Of a stretch of DNA of 64,000 bases, positions 51,216 to 64,000 are shown in pieces (position 1 is the stretch's first letter; the number at the start of each line of letters is the position of its first letter). The position numbers and the translations under genes were made by a program. The notes under the pieces were generated by a model. The model was not told the DNA's origin. It searched no databases and saw nothing but the letters and a program-made list of their open reading frames with translations. The DNA is from Eledone cirrhosa. Taxonomy: Eukaryota. The stretch is from positions 191,952,001 to 192,016,000 of the forward strand of contig OZ024743.1 in the NCBI GenBank assembly GCA_964016885.1, written 5' to 3'.

Positions 51216-54200
51216 TCATCATCATCGTTTAACGTCCATATTCCACACTTGCATGGGTTTGGACGGGAGTTTTCCCACTTGAGGCAAGAGTGCTTGTCTT
51301 GTTCGCCTAGGACTGTCTGGCGGGTTTTCTATGCTGGATGCCCTTCCTAACACCAACCACATTTACAGTGTGGAACTGGGAGGTTTTTACCGTGTTACCT
51401 ACATGGCCACATTACAGCATGGACTGTGTGTTTTTTTGTCGTGACACCTACACGACCTCATTTGTTTCGGGCTGGATGTTGTGACACCAACATAACTTTA
51501 CATTGAAAGGGGTGGTGTGGATGGGGTGGGGGTAGTGGGACGGGGGTGTATTTTGTTAGAGGTGCCTACTGACTGTAGTAGGTTTCACTTTGTACTTAGG
51601 TAAGGCGGGTCTTCTCTATTACTGTGTAGCGCCAAAGCTCTTGATCCAGTGACATTGTCTTGGAGAGGTGTGTGTGAGGTCGGAATTTATCAAGTCGTCC
51701 CACGTTTTTCTGGGTCTGCCTACTCCGTGGCTACCGTCTATTTTTATTGCCCTGCAATTTTTTATACAGCTGTCGCCTTTCATGCGCATCACGTGACCAT
51801 ACCAACGTAGCCTTCTCTCGAGTAAACAACATCTGATCCCTCTTATTTCTAATTTCTCCCTTAGTACATTTTGCTTTGCCGTTCACGTATATTACTATTA
51901 CACATCCAGCGGAGCATGCAAGCTTCATTTCTCTCCAGTCTGTGTATATCCTCTGCACACAATGCCCAGGTCTCACTGCCATGTAACATTGGTGTTCGTA
52001 TGCAGGCATCATACAGCCTGCTTTTCATTTTTAGAGAGAACCCTTTAGCGGCCAATAGTGGTATAAGCTCTCTGAACTTTTTCCATCCCGTTCTGACTCT
52101 AGCTACTGTACTTTCAGAGCACCCTCCCCCACTGCTGATTTTATCACCTAGGTAACGGAGGCTGACCACTATTTCTATAGAACCATCTGTGCAATGGAAT
52201 GAGTTAGTATTCTGTGGGCACTTGCTGCTACTTATTGCACCAGAGCACCGGCCACATATAAAATCTATATTCTTAGATAGTTTACCTGTGATCCCACTAC
52301 ATCTTTTATGTACCCTTACTTTGCATTTGGGACATAAAATGGAGTTTCTACCTACTCCTTTCCTACACACTGAGCATGGCCATTTCCCAGATCGGACCGG
52401 TGCCCTATTTTCCTTCCTACAAACTATAACTTTAGTCTTAGACAAGTTAACTTTAAGGCCTTTTGATTCTAGGCCATGCTTCCATGTTTGAAATTTCTTC
52501 TCTAGTTCAGCCATTGATTCAGCTATGAGCGTTAGATCATCTGCATATAGGAGTTCCCATGGGCAGCCAGTCTTGAACTCCTCTGTTATAGCCTGAAGGG
52601 CAATAATAAATAGTAGGGGGCTAAGGACGGAGCCCTGATGAACACCAACTTTTACGCTAAACTCTTCACTATATTTGTTGTTAATTCTAACCTTGCTGAC
52701 TGTTTCTTTATACATAGCTTGTATAGCTCTCACAAGCCATTAATCAACACCTAGTTTTCTAAGGGCCCACCAGATAATCGAGCGGGGTACTCTGTCAAAG
52801 GCTTTCTCCAAGTCAACAAAAGCTAAGTATAGGGGCTTACTTTTAGCTAGGTACTTCACCTGTAGTTGTCGTACAATGAAAAGAGCGTCTGTTGTACTTT
52901 TACCTGACACAAACCCGAACTGCATTTCGTCTAGATCAATTCGCTCTCTGATTAGTTGCGCTATTACTTTTTCTGTGACCTTCATGACCTGGTCAATTAA
53001 TTTAATGCCTCTATAGTTTCCCCTATCTAGGGCATCACCTTTACCCTTGTAGCAGTTAATGAAGATGCTGCTGCGCCAGTCCTTCGGAACGACCCCATTC
53101 TGTATGACTTGGTTTGCTATCCGGGTGACCATACTGTGTCCCACCGTTCCAGATGCTTTCAGCATTTCGGCAACTATTTCCGAAGGCCCGGCCGCCTTGC
53201 CCGTCTTCATGTCTTCGATCGCCTTATTTATTATACTACCTTCAACTTGCACTGCTGGTCCCTCTATTGGGTCGATGTGGGAGAGACTGTCTTTCTCCCA
53301 ATTATTCTCCTCATTTAGTAGCCTTTCGTAGTGACACTTCCAAGCTACATTCTTATCAGCGTCAGTGATGTCAAGTACACCATCATCATTTAGGACACAC
53401 TTCTCCCCGACAATATCACTGTTTTCCTTGACACATTGCCTAGCAATCCTGAACACCTCAGGTTTTTGGTCCTCGCGTTGTAGAACATGCTTGAACTTTC
53501 TTTCCTCTGCTTCCCTTCTTGCGAAGTACACTTGTCTCCTAGCTTCCCTCCTGGCCACTTGATAGTCTTCTCTACTTCCCCCATCCCGCCATGCTTTCCA
53601 AGCCTGCTTTTTGGCCTTGATTGACCTCTCCACCTTACTGTTCCACCACCAAATTACTCTCCTCCTGCTTATAGGCCTGCTCCAGCGACAGGTTTCATCT
53701 GTCGCCTTCAGCAGGTTAGCTTTCAGGAATTCCCACTGTTCCTCTATATTGTACGACTCTAATTGCTCTTCCTTACTATTAAAAGCATCAAGTAATATGC
53801 TTTTAAATTTATGACTGGCTGTGGGGTCCTTTAATTTCCATATTTTTCTCCTGAGGATAGTCCTCTTCTGTTGTCGAATACGTCTCGTCCTGACTATGAG
53901 GTCGCTAATTATGAGTCTATGTTGAGACGTGCATTCTTCATGGGGGAGGGATTTAGTGTTTACAACAGACACTCTGTCACGTCTCCTGGTAAGAATATAA
54001 TCTACATGGCTTGTGTGTTCCCCCGATCTATAGGTGATCAAGTGATTGTCTCGTTTTTTGAAGTTAGTGTTACAGATAGTTAGGTTATTTGCGTCACAGA
54101 ATTCCAGGATTCTGGAGCCTTCCTCATTTCTAGTACCAAACCCATAGCCTCCATGGATTCCGTCATAGCCGTCACAATGTTGTCCAACGTGACCATTTAG

Positions 54201-54232
54201 GTCGCCTGCAATAATTATATAGTCAATGTCGG
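51216..54232 (-). mobile_element. 5'-truncated RTE-clade LINE (second large copy)
   Basis: ORFs 52740..54257 and 51861..52733 are in one frame split by a single TAA (VD*WLV). Contains YADD and the PHD finger. Frameshift near 51865; (GAT)n tail; 5' break at (TA)n. Confidence 0.95.
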
Positions 54233-55289
54233 TATATATATATATATATATATACATAAGAACAAAAATCCCATAACTCCTTGTGGAGTCATAGAGGCAC
54301 CTTCATATGGCGTGTCTAGGGCATTTTAAAATCTGGCAGACTCCAACCCTATCCAGGTCTGAACACAGCCAATTTTTTCTATAAAGGAAGAATCGACCCC
54401 AGTACTGGACTGGTACTTTTTCTATCGTCCTCAAAAGGATGAAAGGCAAAGTTGACCACAGCAGGATTTGAAATTAGAGTGTGCAATGAGGTGAGACGAA
54501 TACTGTAAAGCATTCTATCAGACGTCTTAACGACTCTGCCAATGTTAGCATGGGTTAGACAAGTTGTCCTGTTGTGAGATATGCCAGGTCAGGTGACCAT
54601 GTCTTGCTCATACAGAACTGATTTTGGCTTGGTTTCTACAGCTGTATGCCCTTCCTAATGCCAACCTCATTTACAGTGAGTATTGGGTGCTTTTTGTCAT
54701 GACACCTACATGACCACTTTATAGTGGAGGATGGGTGCTTTTGTCATGACACCTATATGACCAGTTTACAGTGTGGGCTGAGTGCTATTTGTCGTGTCAT
54801 CATCACGACCACTTTACAATGTAGGCTGGCCACTTTTTTTTGTGTCATCATCATGACCACTTTACATATGTATATCATCTCATATATCCCCACAGGGGGT
54901 GGGGAGAAAAGTAATAGATGTGTCTTATTTACTTCTAATAGTTAGTACAGACTTTTGCATGCAAAAGGGATAAGGTTTGAGTTAGCATATTCTGAGAACC
55001 GGATCACAAGCCGTTGGTGGCTGGTGAGGCCCAGTGGTTGGAAATGTGGGGTGCCTGGTTACACACAGGGACATATGAGGGAACATATGAGTCTGTCTGC
55101 ATGTATATGTGTATATGTACTAGTGTGTGTATATATGTATACGCAGTTGTGTTTGGCCACAGATGTATATGCATGTATAGATGTAGGTATGTGAGTGCGC
55201 CGATGTTTATTTTTATACGTGTGTGCACATATGAGTGTACGTCGATGAATGTTTGCAGGTGTGTACTAAATGTTTAAAATATAGATTAT

Positions 55290-56015
55290 AATTTCTAACA
55301 CTTCTAGATTTTAACACGTATAGGTTTTAACACACACATTTATAGCATCTCCCATTATAAGACCTAGCGATATGGAGAAGCACTAATGCCAGTGGAGGAA
55401 CTCATATCAGTTTACATACATAAATTCTTCCCTAACAGCCTGAATACTACCACAACAGGGTGATAGTGATTGACCTGCTAACTGACCTGCTCACACCACT
55501 ACCAATACAGGGAAGTAGGTCAACTGGACCATAATATATATGCAGTTAAAAGCAACCCTAACGGGCTGACCTGTTTCTAGGAAAACTGACTGAAGAATTT
55601 CAATAGACTTTCGGCTGGGGTGTTGATATGATATCTGACCAGTGAGGTGAAGGTATGTCCTTTGGACACTGGAATTCGTTCATTCTGAATCATATGCTTT
55701 CAGTTCCTTAGAGGATTAACACCACACTCTGGATCTGAACATATCAAAAAATTAACAAGGTAAAATCTATTCCAACATTATGTTTTCCTGTTTTTTCTAT
55801 TCAAGTTCTAACTACCTGATGAAGTCATAGCTGTTGAATACTGGTTATCACCGAAATATATATAGCAGCGAATATGAATAAATGAAGTTAATTTTAACCT
55901 GTTGACTTACACTTCTTGTTTTTACATTACTCCAGAGTAAACAGACCCACCTGTGCACTTTGTTGAGTGCTCTAACCTGCATACTGAAGTGACGGTAAGC
56001 AACCAACACATACTC

Positions 56016-56023
<8 letters not shown>
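55290..56023 (+). mobile_element. Probable Penelope-like 3' relic with a decayed hammerhead at 55812-55868
   Basis: ...EELISVYIHKFFPNSLNT resembles the GIY-YIG C-terminal P..LN. Motif ctac-CTGATGA-stem-GAAA-tatata-TA-gcag, then AATAAA and (TA)n. Confidence 0.55.
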
Positions 56024-56088
<65 letters not shown>

Positions 56089-56206
56089 GATTTGTTTGAG
56101 AAAGAAGCAAATGCAAATAATGAGAAAAATAGAAAGATAATGTCAAGTTCAAAAGTCACAGATATAATATATAAAAAAGCAACAACAAAAAACATATAAA
56201 GGATAC

Positions 56207-56307
56207 ACTTTTGATATACCCAATGGTGTTTCCTTCTGGAGGAGATGCCATAAATAACAAGCCATATTAAACATAGTCAATGGCATATGAGAGGTGAATG
56301 GTTCTTC
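56207..56307 (-). CDS. IFT122: IFT122 internal exon: EEPFTSHMPLTMFNMACYLWHLLQKETPLGISK(V)
   Basis: Within ORF 56149..56337. Acceptor ttgtcttttccag, 101 nt, ends in phase 2 at U12-type donor GTATCCTTT. Matches the recalled IFT122 motif EDPF..H.P.TLFN...TP.GISKV. Confidence 0.93.
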
Positions 56308-57483
56308 CTGGAAAAGACAAGAAACAGTTTCTGACATTACAACAGCATATGTCCATGTGTGTGTCTGTTTTAGTAACTATATCATTAAATCTAACCCATT
56401 GTTTGTAATGCAATCCAGATGTTCATCAAGTAGGTGTGAATTTCCATCTGAATGTCTGTGACAATGGTTCTTGACAGCAAATCTGATTCCTCTCTGACAC
56501 ATTTATGATAGCTAAATAGGTGACAAATATCATTATTCTATAGACATATCCATATTCCTCACATGATAACCACACACAACTCTAAAGCTTCAAAAACTCT
56601 GGACAGGAGTGTTTTGGAAGGTGTTTACTCACCACTGCATCATCTGCAAGGTGACAATCATGCCAGCAAAGGATGTTTCCATATAATGCATGTCCTGAAG
56701 GTCTAATCAATTTGCCAATTCCCAAATTGTAGCCAAATCTAATATCAAGATGCTCTCCAACAATCTTTCAGTATCACCAAATCTATCAGTCATCAACTAA
56801 AACAATTCTGTAAATAACACTCTGTTGATGAGTGCTCACTGCATTTCTTGTTTGTTTTACATCCTACTCTCCCCAACACAAACACATTTAAATTAATCCC
56901 AACCTCTCTTGTCTCATTACCACATACAGAGTTGCCAAGTGCAAAAAACAGATTACTCCAAGCCAACAAGGTGATCCCAGTAATGCTGTTTCCATTATTC
57001 TCACACAATGCACTTAAGACTATAAACTAACATTACTAAACTCTCCCATCTTTCTCACTGCTCTATCCCACTATTATGAAAACATCCTACATTGTGTCCC
57101 ATTCCCAAGGACAACCTAGGAAGCTGTAATTAATTGATTAATTAAACCTGTGAGAGAGACATAATTTGAAGTTTTAGTTTAATCAGTTTAGAATGACATT
57201 AATTCCCATTCTAACATTATCCTTATGTCAACTTTTCCATGCTAGACAAGACTTTATGAGGTAATGTTTTACAGCCAGTTACCCTTCCTGACAGTAATAT
57301 TTTAGTCACTTATTACAACATGTAACAACATGGTGTACCTATTCTAAACCAGATGTACAATAATTGTCAATGAATTAAATCTGATAGATATAGCATGAAT
57401 TGAATATTATTTCATTCACAATTAAAGAGAATCTAATATGAATCTGACTTTTGATGTACTAAATAATTTAGCAGGCTTAAAAT

Positions 57484-58290
57484 ATCATCATCATCTTTAT
57501 TTTTACATCTGCTCTTCTATGATAGCATGGGCTAAATGAGTCTTCTCCAGCATATCTTTCCTCTACTTGTTGAGTTCTTTCATTATTTCTTCTGTGAGGT
57601 TTAATGTTCTGTGGTCAGCTTTCACCCCATCTGCCTAAGTTTTCCCCTTCTGCAGATTCCTTCCACTTGTAACTTCAGGTACTTCTTCACTCAACAATCA
57701 TCATCAATGCATATCATATGACTGTGTCCATGCAATCTTCTCTCTCACACACTGCATCTGATTCCCCTACTGAACACCTACCCGCACAATTAATTCCTCA
57801 AGAAACTCATTACCTTCTATTACTTTGCACTGCTCTCAAAAGTCATTCATCTACACCAAGTTTACTTAAAAACCACTAGATAACAAATAGTGGTACTCTG
57901 CCAAACGCCTTCTGCTAATCAAGAAAAGCAAGACATAATAGCTTACACTTAACTAGGAACTTCTCTTATAGTTGTCTAGCCATGAAAAGGGCATTGTTGG
58001 TACTCTGTCCTGGCATAAAACCAAATTGCACCTCATCTACTCTGATTATTTTGCTAATTTACTAATTGTGCAAACACTCTGCTACAGTCATCACTTGGTC
58101 CATCAGTTTAATGCCTTTGTAGTTGCTCCTTTCTAGAACATCACCTTTTTTCTTTGAAGCCTTTAATGATGATACTTCTATACCAGTAATTAGGTATAAT
58201 ATCATCATTTATTTCCTGCTTGACTATACAAGTGGCTAGCTCAAGATCTACTTCTCTGGATGTTCTCAACATCTCAACAACTATCAAAAC
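57484..58290 (-). mobile_element. Old, internally deleted RTE LINE relic
   Basis: Minus-strand remnants match the large copies (IVVEML, GD.LERSNYKGIKLMDQV, QFGF.PG.ST). Confidence 0.7.
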
Positions 58291-61203
58291 CATGAAAACA
58301 TTAGATAGAGGCCTACAGTGTTGACAACTAAACAAGGAATGCATTATGTTTATACACAGAAATACAGACAAATCTGAAAAGTGAAACTGGATTATTATAA
58401 CTATAACTAACTGAAAATACAAAAAAAAAGAAAACAAAGAAATATAAATGGAGTAAGATTTTTTTTTACTTTATGTTCTCGTTCTCAGATGTCTGGTAGA
58501 AAAATAATAAATAAATAAACAATACAGAAAGTCCATCATAGATAAGAGAGAATAAATTCTAATGTTGAGTTTATCTGTAAACACCTTTTAGATTATTAGC
58601 CTACTTGGCTGTGAAGATTTCCAAGATTTTGATAACCTGGTGAATTCTAAGTCTTATAAAAAGTAATACTTATCACACTTTTAATACATAGATTTCTTTG
58701 ACAAGCAGCAAGGAAACCTCCACATGGTTGATTGACCTGCTAGATATAGCAACAAATCCTAACTCAAATATATTTTAATATCTTGATCTTTTTGTTACCA
58801 TATTTCTAATAAATTACATTGCCTATAATTTTCAAATAATTTTGAAAATAATCAAGAATTTGGAAATTTCCATAATATAACGTTCTCATTATCATGCTTG
58901 TGTGTGGGGTATAGCTTAACCCAGGTTTTTACATAAAACTGTGATAGACGGTTGTTAGATAAATATAAACACTTTAAAATAAATAAAAAATTTGTATCAT
59001 AGAACGAGGGACAGTTGTAGACAATTTGGTATCGAAAGAGTTAAATGAGGAAAGGACACATGAGACAATACAGTCTAATATGCTCTTAAAAAGATGAGAT
59101 GGTCATGACTGTAAAGTCTTTGGTCATAGGTCTGATCAATCAGGATTGATCTGGAATTATACAACAACTACAACAAAGAATACCTATTTCAACACAAGGA
59201 GATGGCGAGGGAATGCAATAAGTGGAGAGAAGCTGTGATTGAAAAGACCCACCATGCATGCATGGAAAAATGGACGTAAAAAGGGTGATGGTGATAATGG
59301 TGATGATGAAGGCTATAAATATGTAGGGGAAGAATATCAGTTTCTGAAAGGTTTTAGTAGCAGTGAAAAAGAAATCAATTGAAACCAACTCACAGACATG
59401 GCTTTCTTGTAGCTTACATCTTTCACTACTCGATTTTTCATATATGCAATTAAGAATTGATGAGCTTCCTACATAGTTAGAGTTCAGGTGTCAGCAAAGC
59501 TTAGCAGTATTTACAGTTATAATCTGATAATAACTGGCATTTATTGTTTCTGTCAGCAACACTATTTAGGATAGTTTCCAATAATTTCAGGATCAGTCTG
59601 ACTTGCTTATTAAAGTGAAAATCTCTTAACCTAGCTATTTGAAGCTATAATATTGATATATTACAAATACTCTCATCTTTAACTCTTTAACATTCATATT
59701 ATCTCTGCTGTAAGATATGTTGTATTCAAATAGAAATGATAAAATATTGAAACAAAGAAAAATGTGACAACCTGTGTCAATTGGTGGGATATTTCATCCC
59801 ATTGTTTTACTAATCCTGCCAGATTTTACTATGTCTTGTAAATATATTTTAACAGTAACATCACCATCACTGTTTCATGTCTATTTTACATGCTTACATG
59901 GGTTAAACAGTTTGTCACAATCTGAAGCCAAACATGTCAAATGACTGTCTTGTTCATATATTCCATTTTTGGCATGGTTTTTTTATGGTTAGATGACCTC
60001 TCTAATGCCAACCACTTCATGGTATGTACTGGGTGCATTTTATCATGGCACTGTCATTACAACTTAACAGAGTGGACTGTGCACATTTTATCATTGCACC
60101 ATCACTACCACATTACTGTGTGGGCTGAATGCAGTTTATTGTGGCACCAGCACTATAAACATATTCTATATGATATAATCAGGAATAACTCACACAAAAC
60201 AGAGAGAAGATCACTGTCTTGTTAGAAATAACAGTTAAATTTCCATCAAATCACAATCTACCATCTTCAAAAAGGGAATAGTCAATTTACTAGGATATTG
60301 TAAATCTGTTCAATTTCAGATTGCCTAGCATTACACATCAAACCAACAATAACCACTACCAACTAACCAAATATTTCACTAATAATACTTTATACTGGCT
60401 AACATTTTCCCAAAGATTTCATCCAACAAATACCATCATCACCATCATCATCATTTAATGTCCATTCTTGCTAGCAGGAGTTTGTGCAATTACTTCATTT
60501 TGGTAAATTATATTTATAATATCTTAAGCTAAATAAAATATAAGAATGGAAGGAATTTAGTCTAGATAATACAATGCCAGACTAAATTATTTACAGTATT
60601 TATATTTTAATCATATCGAACTATGATTAATTTTGGTTTCTATAGTCAATAGTATAGACATGAGTTTTGGATTAGAGTTGAATCATTCAACTATAAAATA
60701 CCTTACAATATTGGATTTGTCTGAGAAAGAAATCATGAAATAGTTGTTGTTTTTTAGCCCCCAGGTCAACCTTCATTGACCAGAGTTATGATTAAAGGGG
60801 TTCCAGTGATGACTATAATGTCTTTTTGTTTTCTGACCTATTCTACCTTCTTTAAGACAGTAGTGTGTAACTTAAAGGAGCTCTGGTTGTTACTTTTATC
60901 ACATGGAGCCACTGTGTAGATTTTAATTAAACACAGAGAGCAAAATCTCCCTAAAATCACATCCTAACATCTTAAAAAAAGGAATGAGAAAATATATCCA
61001 GGTTAGTATGTGTATCCCAGTTTTTAGAATAGATACATTGTATCCCTGCATGTCATAAGAGGTGACTTAAATGGTTGGAATCAAGAAAGACATTCAGCTG
61101 TAAAACATTGTCAAAACATCCCACTCAACCCACACCAGCATGGAAAAGTGGATGTAAAAACAATGATGATGATAATGATGATGGACAGACAGACACTATC
61201 TAT

Positions 61204-61509
61204 CTAGGGCGGATAAAATTCCCGAGATCCATGGACGAGTTCTCTCCAGCGGTCTCTGTCCCTCATTATCGCTGCCATGTCCTGCGTCTCCAACAGACCA
61301 GTGTCTGTCCTTAGGGCATCAACATACGTTAACCTTGGTCTTCCTCTTCCAGTGTGTCCATGTAGGGGCTCCCACAGGAGCACTGAGAGCAATGTCAACT
61401 CTGGATGTCGGTGAGCATGTCCAGCTAACCTCAGTCTCCTTTGTGTCATTTTTGAGCTGACTTTTGGGAGGCTCCCATGCAGCTCTGAGTTTTTACAGAC
61501 ACTATGCAA
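61204..61509 (-). mobile_element. RTE-type LINE 3' fragment
   Basis: ORF contains RRLRLAGHAHRH...LLWEP...GRGRPRLTYVDAL...DRDRWR. Confidence 0.85.
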
Positions 61510-61536
61510 AAGCTTAAAATGAGAATGAACATTTCT

Positions 61537-61576
<40 letters not shown>

Positions 61577-62544
61577 TTTGTTCAAAATAACTGAATTAGA
61601 ACAAATATCATTTAGTAACTAAAATTTATTAAAATAGCTAAATCATTATCATCATCATCATTTAATGCACCAGCACAAGGAAGATTGTAATGTCTTTGAC
61701 ACAGTTAAATCCTTCCAGCACTTTGTTTGGCAAGCTTTCTACAGTTGGATGCCCTTCCTACCATTAGCTGCTTTACAGCTAAATATAGATTTAATTTGTG
61801 ATTTAAAGATATTCAAATAAAAATAAAGTTGATTAGAAGGATATTTACTCTATGCTATACTTGAATACAGAATGCCTTAATTTAAAATGTATATATTTTA
61901 ACATAACACAGTCCATATCAAAGATAAATAAAGATGTACATGAAAATAAAAGTTGGGTATATAATATATTCTATTATGTAATTATTTTGGAGGTGGCGAT
62001 TTGGCAGATTTGTTAGAACATCAGATAGAATGTTTTATGGTACTCGTTCCGGCTCTCTGCTCCCTGAGTTCAAATCCCACTGAAGTCAACTTTCATCATT
62101 TCGAGATCGATAAAAAAAAATATGTATCAGTCTAGTATGATTCTTCGTCTCTCTGGAAGAAATCAGCAGCACTCAGGCCTGGAGATGGAGGGGCTCCGTG
62201 AGGCTTAAAATGCCCTAGAAATGCTGTATATCAATACGGCGCCCTTACAACTCTATTAGGAGTTATAGGAGCATACATACAATTATTATGGATAAAATGA
62301 GTGACTAAAAAGTTAACCAACTGGTTTGGTATCAAAAGAGTTAAACTTTGCATTATATTCTTTTGAAATTGTAAATGTAGTTAACATCAGTTTTACATCA
62401 GAGCTTTCCTGCAATTATTTTAGAGAAGTTCAGCAATTGCAATATTTGTGTTAATAATGTTTACACTCCAAAGTCATATTAAATTGAATATAAATCTCTA
62501 AGATTGAAGATAAAACCAGAGATAGATAAATTTCTTAAACTTAC

Positions 62545-62642
62545 CACATATCTATGTATATTGTGGTATATATAGTACATTTCAGATTTTTGCTGATACT
62601 CATGGAACTTGTTAAGCATTTCTCTTTGTTTTTCAGGATTAT
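62545..62642 (-). CDS. IFT122: IFT122 internal exon (first in window): (D)NPEKQREMLNKFHEYQQKSEMYYIYHNIHRYV
   Basis: Not in the ORF track; translated by hand. Acceptor ttccttttccacag, donor GTAAGT, 98 nt (2 nt + 32 codons), phase-0 join to the next exon. Resembles the vertebrate IFT122 segment as I recall it ([32 protein letters not shown]). Confidence 0.9.
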
Positions 62643-64000
62643 CTGTGGAAAAGGAAAAATAATGTCATTTTCATAATTTCATTGGCTATAAAGTATCATC
62701 ATCATCATCATCACCGTTTTACGTCCGTTCTTCCACGCTAGCATGGGTTAGACGGGTTGTCCTGTTGTGGGCAGTGTCTGGTCGGCTGACCATGCCTTGC
62801 TCATACAGGAACTGATTTGGCTTGATTTCTACAGCTGGATGCCTTTCCTAACACCAACCTCATTTACAGTGAGTGTTGGGTGCTTTTTCGTGGCGCCTAC
62901 ACGTCCACTTTACAGTGTGGGCTGGGTGCTTTTTTGCTGTGGCACCTCCAAGTATATAAAACATTTTAATGCTTTTTTTTTTTGTAAATAAATATTAAGG
63001 TCAGAACAGGTTGCAGGAAAAATAATTTACAACTGGATTCCATAACAGATACCAACTACAGAACCATTAAATTGAAACACAACATAATTATCAATTTGAT
63101 ACATCAAAAGGAGAAATTGTAATGTGTATAACAATATTTAAATTTATAACCTTTGGGTCAGCAGACCAGCTAGCACTTTGAAAATTCAGCAATTCACTAC
63201 TGATAGTAATGACAACATAACCCCAAAAATATATATATACTCAAGAAAACAGATCATTTAAAAGTAAAGATCAAAGATTCCAAATAAATGTTTGGTATTT
63301 TCAATACATTTCAAATGCATTAAAAAATATATAATACATGAAAGTATATAAGGAAAGATAAAAATAATGACAAAAACATAAAATATATTTCGTCAGCAAA
63401 TAACATTTTGTGTGAGTAAGACATATACATCAACATTATCATTGTCACAAAAATGGTCGTTATTGTTGGTGTCATACCTATTTAAAACTATTCTTCATGC
63501 TATTTTACAACCTGAGATAGCTAACAAAATTCACAAACTGTATATTGGAGCATTTATAACTCAATTTATGAAATGTAGTACAACAAACCTCAAAAGATTG
63601 CTATATTGTTAACGATATGTGTAGCTGTGAGTTTGTGCATCTGTATGTATGTGTGTGAGAGAGAGAGAGACAGAGAAAGCATATGCATATATATACACAC
63701 ACAAACTTACATGCACAAACACACGTGGAATAATAGTGAAAGTGCCAGTAAGATTTGTATCAATAGATATAATTTTCCAGTGATAAAAGAATAAAATAAA
63801 AATCAGCAAAACAAATTTAAGAAGTTTATCTTTACAGCTTAACAATAGAAAAAAGTATTTAAAAAATATAATTAAAAAAGCAATTTTGTAAAGTTTCTTT
63901 AAATATTGACCACTAACTGATATTTTATCAAAAGAAAAAAAAATGTTGTTCGGATTACATTTATTAATAATGTTTATGCTAATAGAAATGTACCTCATTT

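Larger units (their letters stand above)
32017..56206 (-). other. U12-type (minor spliceosome) GT-AG intron, 24,190 bp
   Basis: 5' site GTATCCTTT (56206-56198). 3' end GAATCCTTAATTCCATGTGCAG with branch motif TCCTTAAT (32035-32028) and no polypyrimidine tract. Of the two adjacent GTs only this donor keeps the frame (GT+A = Val). Confidence 0.92.

Noticed and set aside
56207-56208. Alternative GT donor 2 nt upstream (AAA|GTGTAT)
   Set aside because: It would shift the frame of exon 31851-32016.

Overview
AT-rich, repeat-dense eukaryotic DNA. The SINE/LINE repertoire and very long introns suggest an octopus or other coleoid cephalopod (inference). The whole window lies inside one minus-strand gene, IFT122 (IFT-A subunit, C-terminal part). 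Five exons (62545-62642, 56207-56307, 31851-32016, 10932-11043, 7590-7721) splice into one open frame. Two donors are minor-spliceosome (U12-type) GTATCCTT sites. One opens a 24,190-bp intron with a matching U12 branch point; the other intron apparently runs off the left edge. The introns hold: a near-full-length and a 5'-truncated RTE-clade LINE, both with a PHD-type C4HC3 finger inside the RT; two tRNA-derived SINE families; a non-coding LTR element; a 56-bp minisatellite; Tc1/mariner, MITE, CR1, R4/Dong and CRE relics; and several Penelope-like fragments at (TA)n tracts. The Penelope fragments carry hammerhead ribozyme motifs, three with the compensatory U3:A8 core (TTGATAA). Coordinates and identities were read by eye, and repeat boundaries are approximate.
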